A stretch of DNA of 64,000 nt from Verrucomicrobiota bacterium (GCA_029247315.1 JAQWLM010000107.1:7459-71458), one strand, 5' to 3'. Counted from the first letter of the stretch, positions 19,842 through 30,469 are shown. Translations and numbers: made by a program. Notes: generated from the letters alone by a model not told the origin.

Positions 19842-21092
19842 ATGAACACGGCATTACCTAAGGAGGTTACGTTCCAAGCCAATGAAATAGAGTATCACAT
19901 GCCAGCATCTCCGGTGGTGGTTGTATGTCTGGATGGCTCCGCTGATGCCTATCTGGACGCAGCACTGGCACGGGATGCCATGCCGAATGTCAAGAAGATG
20001 AGTCTCAACGGTCATCGCGCTCAAGCCAGAAGTGCACTTCCCTCCTTTACCAACGTGAACAACGCCTCGATTGTCACGGGATGCCCTCCTTCGGTCCATG
20101 GAATTTGCGGCAACTTCTTCCTTGACCCAGATTCCGGGGAAGAAGTCATGATGAATTCAGCACGTTTCCTTCGCAGTCATACGATCATGTCAATCGCAGC
20201 CAAAGCTGGCAGGCAAGTCGGGGTCGTCACCGCAAAGGAGAAGCTACGCGATATTTTCGCCCACGAACTGGATGGCATCGCGTTTTCCACTGAGAAAGCC
20301 AACCAGGCGACACTGGAAAAACATGGTATTGAGGACGTTGAAACCATGGTGGGCAAGCCAACCCCACATATATACAGCGGCGAGGCAAGTGTCTACGTTC
20401 TGGAAGCAGGTGTGGCACTTCTACGCTCAGGGCGTTCGGATTTTCTTTATCTTTCGACCACGGACTACATGCAGCATACCTACGAGCCTGAGCAGCCAGA
20501 GTCCATTGAGTTCTATCGTCAACTGGACACCCAGATCGGTCTGCTTCTTGCCCTTGGAGCCCGTGTTGGTATTACAGCAGACCATGGCATGAACGCTAAA
20601 CAGACGGTAGATGGAAATCCGAATGTCATTTATCTGCAGACGGAGTTGACCCATGCATTTGGGAATGGGTTTTCGGTCATACTTCCCATCACCGACCCTT
20701 ATGTCGTGCATCACGGAGCCCTTGGATCCTTTGCCGTCATCCACACCCCCAAGGGAACTGCTCCAGATGCAATCGCCCAGTGGTGTCAACAGCGCCAAGG
20801 TATCACGGAGGTATACGACAAGGAGACAGCTGCTTCTAAACTACAACTCCCCGCGGATCGTCTCGGCGATCTTGTGGTCATGTCCGGCAGGGACGTCGTT
20901 ATCGGTCGCACTCCCGCGGACCACGACCTGAGCGCTCTGAAGGTAGGGCTTAGATCACACGGGGGACGTTACGAGGAAATGGTACCCTTCATTTTTTCAC
21001 ATCCATTGAAACACGCTTACAAACGGAAAATTATTGGGGATCCCCGGAATTTCCAGATCTTTGATTTTTCGATCAACGGACTACAGGCCTAA
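19842..21092 (+). CDS. phnA: Phosphonoacetate hydrolase
   Basis: Alkaline phosphatase superfamily: VVVCLDG, PSFTNVNNASIVTG, YLSTTDYMQH, TADHGMN, LPITDPYVVHHGALG, LRSHGG; adjacent to phnY. Confidence 0.93.
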   Translation: MNTALPKEVTFQANEIEYHMPASPVVVVCLDGSADAYLDAALARDAMPNVKKMSLNGHRAQARSALPSFTNVNNASIVTGCPPSVHGICGNFFLDPDSGEEVMMNSARFLRSHTIMSIAAKAGRQVGVVTAKEKLRDIFAHELDGIAFSTEKANQATLEKHGIEDVETMVGKPTPHIYSGEASVYVLEAGVALLRSGRSDFLYLSTTDYMQHTYEPEQPESIEFYRQLDTQIGLLLALGARVGITADHGMNAKQTVDGNPNVIYLQTELTHAFGNGFSVILPITDPYVVHHGALGSFAVIHTPKGTAPDAIAQWCQQRQGITEVYDKETAASKLQLPADRLGDLVVMSGRDVVIGRTPADHDLSALKVGLRSHGGRYEEMVPFIFSHPLKHAYKRKIIGDPRNFQIFDFSINGLQA

Positions 21093-21113
21093 ACAACGAT
21101 TCAGTCACACACC

Positions 21114-22532
21114 ATGTCTGCCAACTATCCGTGTTATCTTTCCGGACAACCTGTTCGAGAAAAATCCTACATTGATGTCGAAAACCCCTACGACGGCACC
21201 CTCGCAGGAAGGGTCAGTGCCTGTAGTCATGAACATACTCAAGAGGCCATTCAGAAAGCCTTATCGCTCAAGAAACGGCTTACCCGTCATGAACGTTTCA
21301 CCATCCTTGACCAGACTCGGAGGGATCTCGAAAGTCAAAAGGAGGATTTTTCCAAACTAATCACCTCTGAAGCAGGTTTATGCCGCCGGGAAACCCTCTA
21401 TGAAGTGGAACGTGCCTGTGATGTCTTGCAATTTTCAGCCATGGAGGCGTTGAAGGATGATGGGCAGATTTTCAGTTGCGATGTTTCTCCACAGGGGAAA
21501 GCACGCAAGATTTTCACCTTGCGAGAGCCACTGAACCTCGCGGTGGCCATCACCCCCTTCAACCATCCTCTCAATCAAGTAGCCCACAAACTGGGTCCGG
21601 CCATTGCCGCGGGAACCCCATTGATCCTCAAGCCCTCGGAAAAAACACCATTAACGGCTATTCGATTCGCCGAGTTGCTCTACAAAAACGGTTTACCAGG
21701 TGAAATGCTCAGCGTGTTGCTCGGCCCCACTTCACAGGTCGCACAAGCGCTGGTTCAAGATGAACGAGTGGAGCTGGTCAGCTTTACCGGAAGCGTGGCC
21801 GTGGGAAAGAGCATCGCGCGCACGGCCGGCTACAAGAAACTTGTCCTGGAACTTGGTGGAAATGATCCGTTGATCATCCTTGAAGATGCAGACCTTGAAC
21901 ATGCCGTTCACCTTGCCTGCGAGGGATCCTTTCGAAACTCCGGACAAAGATGCACGGCAGTAAAGCGTATCCTGGTCCAGGCTTCCATTCTGGAAACCTT
22001 CACCGAGGCCTTTGTCAAAAAAGCAGCATCCTACACCTGCGGAGATCCTGCTTCCGAAGACACCATGGTGGGCACAGTCATTGACGCCCCCTCAGCCAAA
22101 GCTCTTGAACGGGTCGTAGTGCAAGCGGTTTCCAGGGGCGCTAGGATTCTCATGGGAGGAAAACGTAATGGAGCATTGATGGAACCCACCATTATCGCAG
22201 ACGTTCCACGCGATGCGGAAATGATCACCAGCGAGTCCTTTGGTCCTTTGGCTCCTATCCTACCCGTGCGGGATATCGAGGATGCCATTGATTTGGCCAA
22301 TGCAACTCCGTATGGTTTGTCCTCAGGAGTGGTTACTCGCAATATGGAACATGCACTTAGATTTGTGAAGGAACTGAAATGCGGTAATGTCAATGTCAAT
22401 GAAGTGCCAGGATATAGGGTCGAATGCTCGCCCTTTGGTGGGATCAATGATTCAGGACTGGGAATCAAGGAAGGTGTTATCGAAGCTATCAAGTGCATGA
22501 GCACCGTGAAGACCTTTTCGCTTCCCTGGTAA
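21114..22532 (+). CDS. phnY: Phosphonoacetaldehyde dehydrogenase
   Basis: ALDH fold (ITPFNHPLN, KPSEKTP, LELGGND, NSGQRCTAVKR, ESFGP) with PhnY-type DDGQIFSCD and G.KEGV.EA..MS.VKTFSLPW; directly after phnA. Confidence 0.92.
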   Translation: MSANYPCYLSGQPVREKSYIDVENPYDGTLAGRVSACSHEHTQEAIQKALSLKKRLTRHERFTILDQTRRDLESQKEDFSKLITSEAGLCRRETLYEVERACDVLQFSAMEALKDDGQIFSCDVSPQGKARKIFTLREPLNLAVAITPFNHPLNQVAHKLGPAIAAGTPLILKPSEKTPLTAIRFAELLYKNGLPGEMLSVLLGPTSQVAQALVQDERVELVSFTGSVAVGKSIARTAGYKKLVLELGGNDPLIILEDADLEHAVHLACEGSFRNSGQRCTAVKRILVQASILETFTEAFVKKAASYTCGDPASEDTMVGTVIDAPSAKALERVVVQAVSRGARILMGGKRNGALMEPTIIADVPRDAEMITSESFGPLAPILPVRDIEDAIDLANATPYGLSSGVVTRNMEHALRFVKELKCGNVNVNEVPGYRVECSPFGGINDSGLGIKEGVIEAIKCMSTVKTFSLPW

Positions 22533-22569
22533 CTCGACAGCAGGCACGGCCCTTCTTGCAGGCAGAGGA

Positions 22570-25500
22570 TTGAATCAGAGCATCCTGCAAGGTTTCAGCT
22601 CTCATTTGGATGCCTGCGGAAGCCATGTGGGCAGAGAAACGGTTGCATCTATCAAGATGTCAACAGAACAAGACGTTTTACGCAGTTTTTCAGCGTATCC
22701 ATCATTCATGCAAGGGTTCGACCACATTTTTCTGTCATGGAAACTTGCAGCCAAAGCTAGCGGGTACAAATGCCTGCTATTAATGGGTGTCGTTCTACCC
22801 TGTTGCATTTCTTTATCGAGTGAATCATCCCGTTGGACACATTTCAAAATGTCCGATGGCTTGCCCAGCGCCGGCATTACAGGTGTGACTATCGGGCCAA
22901 GGGGGGCTGTATGGGCTCGACACCAGGAAGTCGATGAAGTCACCGAATTAACCGGGTATGGTAATGAAAGCCAGTCTGTGCCTGCGGGATCTGCCAACAA
23001 GGTGCATGCGAGTCGTTCTGGGCAGCTTTGGACCATGGACCCCGAGGGGCTGTGGTTGTACTCAAAGGGTGCATGGAAGCATTTTCCCATCCCTCCAATC
23101 CAGCGCGCCTACCAGGGGGTCGTACAGCGCCTTCGCAGTCCTGTCAATCTGTTGCCACTTCAAATCAATCAATGTCTGATTCTTGCGGGAAATGGCCTGT
23201 ATTTGTTCAATGCAGCAAATACTTCCACAAAAAACCTGAATATTCAGGGCCTGGATGCCATCACCGGCCATGCGGAGATGGTCAGGTTACGTCAAGGTTC
23301 GCTGGTCATTGCCGGACACGGAGGTTTTTTACGCTTGCAAGGCCCGGCAAAAGAAATTCAACAACGTCCTCCCGTCTTTTTTCCACTGCCATCCGTTGTT
23401 TCCTCCTATCAATTGAACAGCCCCCTGGAAAATCCCGGAGAAGTCCTTACCTTCATCGGAACTTCCGAAGGTTTACCTCGCCTTGCCCTGCGTCATGATG
23501 AGGATGGCTGGCAATGGTTTCCCGTTCCGTCGGAAACCAAATTACGTTCCTTTTGGGAAGATACCGCCGGACGCGGCTGGGGAACGACCTATAATGGTCT
23601 CTATGAATTGGACATGGTTTCAGAAAGTATCCTTGAATCTGAAACGATAGAGGCAGGTTTGTTCTTCGATGTCGTCACCGATGGCGATAAGAGCACATGG
23701 ATAGCAACCAGTGAGGGCATTGTCCGGCAATCCCCCTCCCAGTGGCAGTCACTATATTCCCAACTACGCGATCAAACCATTTTTGACATGGTTTCGGATG
23801 CGAAGAATCACCTTTGGCTGGTCACCGAAAAAGCCTTGGTTCAATTAAGTGACAGTGATGTGCGTCATATCCCCTGGCCATCGGGTATGGATAGCATCTT
23901 CCAGCCTGGAAACTCCATTTTCATGTTAGCCAACGGCCAAGTTGGGATCAATGCAGGCAGGTCACCGCTTATTTACGACCCTGCTTCCGCCACTTTTCAG
24001 TCCATCCCCCCCCCTTCCCCTGCAACCTCAGTTCAACAGTTACTGGGTTTATACCACAACCAGGAGCTGATCCTTAAACTGAAAGCACTTCCCGGGCAAT
24101 CACCCCTGTGGTTTTTCGATTGGAAAACAACAGAAACCAAAGCCTTCCAACCCGATCCATCATTGGATGATAGGGAATTCCTTTGGGCCAGCACCTTACC
24201 GGATGAGATATGGTTCGGGAGCACCGAAGGTATATCTTACGCGAAAGGAGGCCAATGGATTCATTTTGAACCAGAGGACGGTCTTGGGGGGGATCTGCCA
24301 CAATGCATGCTGGAACTCATGGATGGACGTTTGTGGGTTGGGGCCGGTTCCCATATTTACGAATTACAGAGCAGCCGCTGGGAAAGGATCTATTTTGCAC
24401 ACGAAAAGATAAACGGCATGCTCGAAACACGCGGGGGAGCCGTTTGGCTGGCTTCCAATAACGGCATCCATCGCTACTTCCAGGACACCTGGATCACACA
24501 CAATCTGCAGGAAGGTTTGCCAAGTAACACGATCTACAAGTTGCATGAAGACGCCTCAGGCGTCATTCGTGCAGCAACAACCCGCGGCCTCTCCCAGTTT
24601 GATGCTCAGTCTGATCGCGCCGCACCAGTTACCTTGATCCGCATGGCAGGGAAGGATCTGCAAAGGGACATACGAAGTGGGACCAGCATCCTGTTTGAAG
24701 GTCGTGACAAATGGGAACACACAACCCCATCACGCCTGCTTTTCTCCTACCGACAGGATAGTGAGTCGTGGAAGCCCTTTTCTTACACAAACCGTGTCGT
24801 CCTCGGAGATTTATCCGCAGGACCTCACCAACTGGAGGTCCGATCCATGGACCGCAACGGCAACATTGAAACACAAGCTGCTACCTTGAAGTTCAATTTT
24901 ACCATTCCATGGAACGAGGATCCCAGACTCATGCAGTTAACCATGGCAGCCCTGTTCGTGACGCTGGTTTTATCCGGATTTGCCGTCAATCGTCACCTGA
25001 GACTCAAACGCAGTTATGCAGAGGTTGAAAAAATAGTGGCTGACCGTACTGCAGCTCTGGAAAGGGCCAACAATCAACTGCTGCAAGATCATAAAATGAA
25101 AGCGCTGGGGACACTTACCTCAGGTATTGCGCACGATTTCAACAGCATTCTTTCGATCATTAAGGGATCCGTGCAAATCATCGAATCCAATCCTGAGAAC
25201 TCCAGCAAGGTACGGAAACGTGTCGCTCGCATTCACTCAGTCGTCGATCAGGGAGCAGGCCTCGTACGTTCCATGCTGGGTTACGTGCGCAAACAAAACA
25301 AGACATCCAAGCCACATGACCTGAATCGTGTACTCCATGAAGCAGTGCGCTTGTCCGAGGACAACGCAAGTGCAGCCCGGATAAAATTCATGGAAAACCC
25401 GGAAATCGGTGAGGTGCATATCATGCCGGATCTAATGCGTCAAATGGTCATCAACATTACCAACAACGCCATCGATTCCATGGATGCGTCGGGTACGATT

Positions 25501-25851
25501 TGCATCAGCCTGGCCTTGGCCAGGGAATTCAGAGGGCATGTCGCACTCAAGCCTCATCGGGACGATCTCTATGCAGTCATTCAAATAATGGACACTGGGG
25601 TTGGGATCCCCAAGGAGATGATAGCCCGTATATTTGAACCTTTCTATACGACAAAGGCCTTTTCATCACGGCGAGGTACGGGCCTGGGACTGTCCATGGT
25701 ATACGAAATGGCTCGAGAAATGGGAGCTGGCCTTTCAGTGGATTCCTCTCCGGGGCAAGGAAGCCAGTTTTTCATCTATGTGCCCATGTCAGTTCAGAGG
25801 GAGGTATCCTTGCCAGAGGGTATGGGTGGCGGTGATTTGCGCAAAAAATAA
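22570..25851 (+). CDS. Sensor histidine kinase with periplasmic beta-propeller (Reg_prop) and Y_Y_Y domains
   Basis: DGLPS/EGLPSN propeller repeats, Y_Y_Y (FSYR...W...LSAGPHQLEVRS), TM, H-box GIAHDFNSIL, N-box NAIDSM, DTGVG, FEPFYTTK, GTGLGL. True start is probably downstream (around 22708 or 22783). Confidence 0.88.
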   Translation: MNQSILQGFSSHLDACGSHVGRETVASIKMSTEQDVLRSFSAYPSFMQGFDHIFLSWKLAAKASGYKCLLLMGVVLPCCISLSSESSRWTHFKMSDGLPSAGITGVTIGPRGAVWARHQEVDEVTELTGYGNESQSVPAGSANKVHASRSGQLWTMDPEGLWLYSKGAWKHFPIPPIQRAYQGVVQRLRSPVNLLPLQINQCLILAGNGLYLFNAANTSTKNLNIQGLDAITGHAEMVRLRQGSLVIAGHGGFLRLQGPAKEIQQRPPVFFPLPSVVSSYQLNSPLENPGEVLTFIGTSEGLPRLALRHDEDGWQWFPVPSETKLRSFWEDTAGRGWGTTYNGLYELDMVSESILESETIEAGLFFDVVTDGDKSTWIATSEGIVRQSPSQWQSLYSQLRDQTIFDMVSDAKNHLWLVTEKALVQLSDSDVRHIPWPSGMDSIFQPGNSIFMLANGQVGINAGRSPLIYDPASATFQSIPPPSPATSVQQLLGLYHNQELILKLKALPGQSPLWFFDWKTTETKAFQPDPSLDDREFLWASTLPDEIWFGSTEGISYAKGGQWIHFEPEDGLGGDLPQCMLELMDGRLWVGAGSHIYELQSSRWERIYFAHEKINGMLETRGGAVWLASNNGIHRYFQDTWITHNLQEGLPSNTIYKLHEDASGVIRAATTRGLSQFDAQSDRAAPVTLIRMAGKDLQRDIRSGTSILFEGRDKWEHTTPSRLLFSYRQDSESWKPFSYTNRVVLGDLSAGPHQLEVRSMDRNGNIETQAATLKFNFTIPWNEDPRLMQLTMAALFVTLVLSGFAVNRHLRLKRSYAEVEKIVADRTAALERANNQLLQDHKMKALGTLTSGIAHDFNSILSIIKGSVQIIESNPENSSKVRKRVARIHSVVDQGAGLVRSMLGYVRKQNKTSKPHDLNRVLHEAVRLSEDNASAARIKFMENPEIGEVHIMPDLMRQMVINITNNAIDSMDASGTICISLALAREFRGHVALKPHRDDLYAVIQIMDTGVGIPKEMIARIFEPFYTTKAFSSRRGTGLGLSMVYEMAREMGAGLSVDSSPGQGSQFFIYVPMSVQREVSLPEGMGGGDLRKK

Positions 25852-27203
25852 AAGCAACTACTCACAAGGCAGACGCAACCCAAACCCGCCATCCAAAGGG
25901 TGTATGTCTTGAAAAAAACAAGACGGGACATATCGGCCTGGCCAAGGTCCTTGTAGAGTTGTATGCCAACAGATCCTGTATAGCCGATAGCGTCAGCAAC
26001 ATAAATGGCAAACACAGCCGTACCAACTACCTTGGTAGAGGCGATCATCCGGTCAAAGAGCAATGAGCCGTATGGCACGTATGCCAAATAAGAACCCAAC
26101 CCTGTCAGAGTCAACCACCAGAAGCCGGATATCCATTGCATTTCAAACAACAGGGTACTCAAACCCAAGAGCAATACCCCAGAGGTCATAACGACGAAAG
26201 CCCCCAGCAGTCCTGCTCGGTTCCCCTTGATGGTGTTGAGCAAGGCCATCACACCTATGACGCCGAATGCAACAAGGGTTTCCGTACGGGTGATAATGGT
26301 CTGGTTATCGCCATAACGATAACCCAGGTCGTCCAGAATCTCGACCATGTAATTGTCTCGAAAATCACGGTAAGCGGTCAGGAAAAAGTAAGCAATCATG
26401 AGCAATATCAAACCCGGAAGGAAGTGACGCAGAAAGGTTACCCGTTTACGTCCGTCCATGGGTTGTCGTTCTGTACGGGCACGTATGTCCTCCTTGTTGG
26501 GTCCGGGCAATTGATTCAGCATCCAGACCGAGAGTATGAACAGGGGAAGGAAGTGGAGTCCGACAATGGCAGGCATCCATGCTTCGCTTACTTGTCCAAG
26601 GGTTTGTGCGATGGATGAGCCGATGCCCGGAAACCATTGCCAAGCGGCAGCGATATCACCACTCATCATGGCACGTCCAAAGTCTTTGACGATCCCGCTT
26701 GAAACAATGAATGAGCAACTTAATCCGGCAAGCAGGATCTCGGACGTGCGCCGGCCCTCGAGATACCAGACGACGAGTCCCCAGACCATTCCTAAAGGCA
26801 GTCCATTGAGAAAAATGGCAGCAAACCGCCAGTCATCAGGCACGATCGCAAACAAGATCAGTGAACACTCAGCAGCGAGAATCAACCCAATGAGGGACTT
26901 GGCACGCTGGCGAGGCCGGATTTCGGAACACACTTTGATGCCCACATATTTACTCAACGCGTATCCCATGATCTGGCTGATCACAAGGGCGGTCTTGAGA
27001 GTAATTTCGGTATCAAAGAACATCATGCCTTCGAACTTTGCAGCCGTGAATGGCTTTCTGAAGGCATACATGCAAAAGTATGTACTGAAGGCGGCAATCA
27101 CCGCAAAAAGGACGAAAGTAAACTCAGGTGCTGTGGACAGCCAATCAGAAAAAGGTTTCTTGCTCTTCGAAGGAACCTTGGTTGTATTTGGTTTGGTGAT
27201 CAT
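25794..27203 (-). CDS. DUF5690-family multi-pass membrane protein (putative transporter)
   Basis: About 11-12 TM; AAFSTYFCMYAFRKPF, SQIMGYALSK, FLNGLPLGMVWG, LEGRRTSE, RDFRDN, LFDRMIA motifs recalled as DUF5690. Confidence 0.8.
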   Translation of the reverse strand: MITKPNTTKVPSKSKKPFSDWLSTAPEFTFVLFAVIAAFSTYFCMYAFRKPFTAAKFEGMMFFDTEITLKTALVISQIMGYALSKYVGIKVCSEIRPRQRAKSLIGLILAAECSLILFAIVPDDWRFAAIFLNGLPLGMVWGLVVWYLEGRRTSEILLAGLSCSFIVSSGIVKDFGRAMMSGDIAAAWQWFPGIGSSIAQTLGQVSEAWMPAIVGLHFLPLFILSVWMLNQLPGPNKEDIRARTERQPMDGRKRVTFLRHFLPGLILLMIAYFFLTAYRDFRDNYMVEILDDLGYRYGDNQTIITRTETLVAFGVIGVMALLNTIKGNRAGLLGAFVVMTSGVLLLGLSTLLFEMQWISGFWWLTLTGLGSYLAYVPYGSLLFDRMIASTKVVGTAVFAIYVADAIGYTGSVGIQLYKDLGQADMSRLVFFKTYTLWMAGLGCVCLVSSCFYFLRKSPPPIPSGKDTSL

Positions 27204-27221
27204 CTTGGATAGAACGGATTG

Positions 27222-28673
27222 TTATCGGATGTAGTCCACCCCATTGAAGCTGTCAATCACCGTGGACAACCAATCGTCGAGGGTCTCCTGAAGCTCTCGC
27301 ACCCGCTCGGCACTCACCGCACTGAGTGTTTCGGCAAGGAGGTTGTCGGATTCGACCGGATCCCTCGCTAAGTCATACAATTCCCAAGCAACCTGATGCC
27401 CGGCACTTTCGATACGGTGTAGTTTCAAATCCCCGTCGATCCAAGCAGCATGACCCGGCATGGGCGACTTGCTTAATGGTTTGGCTGGTAGCTGAGCCGC
27501 CTTGAGACTGACGTCATCAGGAAGCAGATCATCGCCCCCTGATTGGGCTTCCAGAAGCTTACCCATCCATATCGATGAAGGCGTGCTGATGCCAGGAGCC
27601 ACACGGTCCCAGAACCCCATGGCCAAGGAACGAGCTCGATGAGTACCCTGCAGGTAAGGTACCAGGCTCACACCATCTAATCGATGTTTGACTTCATCCT
27701 CGATATCCAGCCAGTCCAGTATCGTTGGAAAAATATCACAGGTCTGGGCATGGGTTTGGATGACTTTTGGAGTTTGAACGACCTCGGGCCACTCGAGGAA
27801 TGAAGGCACCCTGATACCACCCTCGTATAGTTTTCCCTTGTGCCCACGAAGACCCCCAGTCGATCCAACCTTTGGAAGCGCACCATTGTCACTGCAATAC
27901 CAAAGCAGTGTCTTTTGACGTATCCCCATGCTTTCAATTCCATTTCTCAACTTTCCGAAGGCCCGGTCCATGCCTGCCACTTCGCCATAGAATTGCCGCA
28001 GCGGTTTGGGATGTTCCGCATAATCTGCGGCATCCGCGGCAATGGCCCGATGGGGTGCATGAGGCGATCCAAACCACACGACCGCAAAAAAGGGTTCCTG
28101 GAGGGTCACTTTCTTTTGGATCCAACGCAGGCTCAGGTCTACGGTCAGTTCCGAGCTTTCTCCCCGATGTTGAACGGCCTTTCCGCCATGGCTCAGAATG
28201 GGGTTGTTATCAAAAAAATTAGGAGCGGATACCCAATGATCAAAACCGTTGGCGCCTGGGTGAGCTGGACTTCCATGACGCACCGAGCCAAGGTGCCATT
28301 TACCGAAATGTCCCGTGGAATAACCGTGTTTCTGGAGAATTTCTGGAAGGGTCTGCTCTTGTGGGCGCATGGGATAGCCCCACTTGAAAACACCCATACG
28401 GTTCGGATGCCTTCCCGTAAGCACACTTGCTCTTGTCGGAGAACAAACCGGAGCGGCTGCGTAGAAATGATCAAACCGAAGTCCTTCCCTGGATGCTTTA
28501 TCAAAGTGCGGCGTCTTGATAAAAGGATGTCCAGTATAGCCCATGTCACCCAACCCCTGGTCATCAGCCATGACCAGGACTATGTTGGGACGTTGCTTGG
28601 CATCTGCCTGCCATCCCGTCAAGAGCAGAAAGGTCCAAACAAGATACAAGGCATGGGATGGCTTAGGCATCAC
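27222..28673 (-). CDS. Secreted Cys-type (formylglycine) sulfatase, arylsulfatase-like
   Basis: Signal peptide; RPNIVLVMADD, CSPTRASVLTG, GKWHLG, PH.PH, SDNG, KG.LYEGGIRVP. Confidence 0.93.
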   Translation of the reverse strand: MMPKPSHALYLVWTFLLLTGWQADAKQRPNIVLVMADDQGLGDMGYTGHPFIKTPHFDKASREGLRFDHFYAAAPVCSPTRASVLTGRHPNRMGVFKWGYPMRPQEQTLPEILQKHGYSTGHFGKWHLGSVRHGSPAHPGANGFDHWVSAPNFFDNNPILSHGGKAVQHRGESSELTVDLSLRWIQKKVTLQEPFFAVVWFGSPHAPHRAIAADAADYAEHPKPLRQFYGEVAGMDRAFGKLRNGIESMGIRQKTLLWYCSDNGALPKVGSTGGLRGHKGKLYEGGIRVPSFLEWPEVVQTPKVIQTHAQTCDIFPTILDWLDIEDEVKHRLDGVSLVPYLQGTHRARSLAMGFWDRVAPGISTPSSIWMGKLLEAQSGGDDLLPDDVSLKAAQLPAKPLSKSPMPGHAAWIDGDLKLHRIESAGHQVAWELYDLARDPVESDNLLAETLSAVSAERVRELQETLDDWLSTVIDSFNGVDYIR

Positions 28674-28775
28674 CCCACTCCACGGTAAACAGCTTCACTT
28701 TGCAAGCCTTTAGCCTGCCGCTCACCCCTTGCCTTGCAATGAACTCAAGGTGCCATAAACTGGAATACATTCACG

Positions 28776-30395
28776 ATGAACAGAGGCATCATTATATTCT
28801 GTCTTTTCTGCATGCAGATGCCTGCATGCATGGCAAGCAATGTTGCTCAGGCGGGAAGCCCTGAAAGGCCTCCCAATGTCATTCTGATCATATGTGATGA
28901 CCTCAATGACTATGTGGAAGGTTACGGTGGACACCCTCAGGCAAGGACGCCCGAGATCACGCGTCTCATTCAGAGTGGTGTCTTATTCACACAAGCCCAT
29001 TCTAACATCCCCATCTGTGGACCTTCGCGGGCCAGTTTATTCACAGGGATTTACCCACATCACTCCGGGTGCTTCGGATTCACCCGCTGGGACCGTTTTC
29101 CGGTGTTGAAACATTCCCGCACCTTGATGGCCCATTTCCGTGCCAATGGCTACCAGACCCTGGGAACAGGGAAACTGATGCACCACCTGGTTCGGAGTGA
29201 ATGGGATGAGTATGGTAATCCTGCGGACTACGGACCTTTTGCGTTTGACGGCCAGAAACGCCTCGCCCATCCCAAGGTCCCGCAACCCTTTCGTGAGATC
29301 GGGCCGGTCGATGGCAGTTTTGGCCCACTGGAAGACCTGGCTTCTTACCAGTTGCCCGGGAAAAAGGCACTTCAATGGCAAACCGGAAGTCGAGACAACA
29401 TCAGGATACTGGGGGTGGGTTCCGAAACAGACCGCGATTCCACCTCGGATGAATTAAATGGTGCCTGGGCAGTGGACAAGCTCAGGACCTTCATCAGGCA
29501 GGCATCCCACAAGCCTTTCTTCATGGGGGTCGGGTTCATACGTCCACACACGCCATTGATTGTTCCTGAACGCTTCTTCGACCTTTTCCCCTTGGAGGAT
29601 ATTGAACTTCCAAAGATCAGACCTGACGATGTCGATGATACACACGCACGCTCCGTTCGGGGAATTCCAAACGGCAAGGAACCTCATTCCACGCGCACTG
29701 CTGACATGGGCCTGAGAATGTACCAGCATTTGGTCGATTCATTTCCAACAAGAGAGGAGGCCTTGAAGCAATTTATTCAAGCCTACCTCGCCAGTGTGGC
29801 ATCCGTGGATGAGCAGATTGGAAAAATACTGGACACGGTGGAGCATACATCACTCAGGAACAACACCATCATCGTCCTCACCAGCGACCACGGCTGGGGC
29901 ATGGGAGAGAAGGACTACCTTTACAAAAATGCCCTCTGGCAGGAATCTACCCAGATTCCATTGATCATACGTGCTCCCGGTGTCGCCGCGAAGGGAACCC
30001 GATGCGATCATCCGGTCTCTCTTATTGACCTTTACCCCACTCTGGTTGACCTGTGTGATTTGAGTCAGGAGACACGCATCAATGCGGGCGGACACCCACT
30101 GGATGGTCACAGCCTGAGGCCCTTTCTGGAGCAAGCGACCCGTCAGGACTGGGAAGGGCCTGCAGCAGCTCTCACAGCACTCTACAGGTGGGCTGAAGCG
30201 CATCCCCCCGCTGAGCAGAGTTACGCACTGCGTGGAAGAAAATGGCGCTACATAAGGTATTCAAACGGACGAGAGGAATTGTATGACACACACGATGACC
30301 CATATGAGTGGCACAATCTAGCTGATCGTCCAGAGCAGCATGCTGAACTGAAAGGTCTCAGGAAACGTTTAATGACCAGAATCAAGACACCCTGA
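28776..30395 (+). CDS. Secreted Cys-type sulfatase (iduronate-2-sulfatase/choline-sulfatase-like)
   Basis: Signal peptide; PPNVILIICDDLN, CGPSRASLFTG, GKLMH, GFIRPHTP, TSDHG, K.ALW, ELYD..DP.EW.NL. Confidence 0.93.
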   Translation: MNRGIIIFCLFCMQMPACMASNVAQAGSPERPPNVILIICDDLNDYVEGYGGHPQARTPEITRLIQSGVLFTQAHSNIPICGPSRASLFTGIYPHHSGCFGFTRWDRFPVLKHSRTLMAHFRANGYQTLGTGKLMHHLVRSEWDEYGNPADYGPFAFDGQKRLAHPKVPQPFREIGPVDGSFGPLEDLASYQLPGKKALQWQTGSRDNIRILGVGSETDRDSTSDELNGAWAVDKLRTFIRQASHKPFFMGVGFIRPHTPLIVPERFFDLFPLEDIELPKIRPDDVDDTHARSVRGIPNGKEPHSTRTADMGLRMYQHLVDSFPTREEALKQFIQAYLASVASVDEQIGKILDTVEHTSLRNNTIIVLTSDHGWGMGEKDYLYKNALWQESTQIPLIIRAPGVAAKGTRCDHPVSLIDLYPTLVDLCDLSQETRINAGGHPLDGHSLRPFLEQATRQDWEGPAAALTALYRWAEAHPPAEQSYALRGRKWRYIRYSNGREELYDTHDDPYEWHNLADRPEQHAELKGLRKRLMTRIKTP

Positions 30396-30469
30396 AAGCC
30401 ATGGGCCAGGCACCGCGATGTCACTTCAGCAGAACAAGAGTCAACCCTTGGCTTTCGTGGAGTAAATGC

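Noticed and set aside
26536-27234. 232-aa plus-strand ORF
   Set aside because: Antisense to the DUF5690 gene; no motifs.
27840-28688. 282-aa plus-strand ORF
   Set aside because: Antisense shadow of a clear sulfatase gene; no recognisable motifs.
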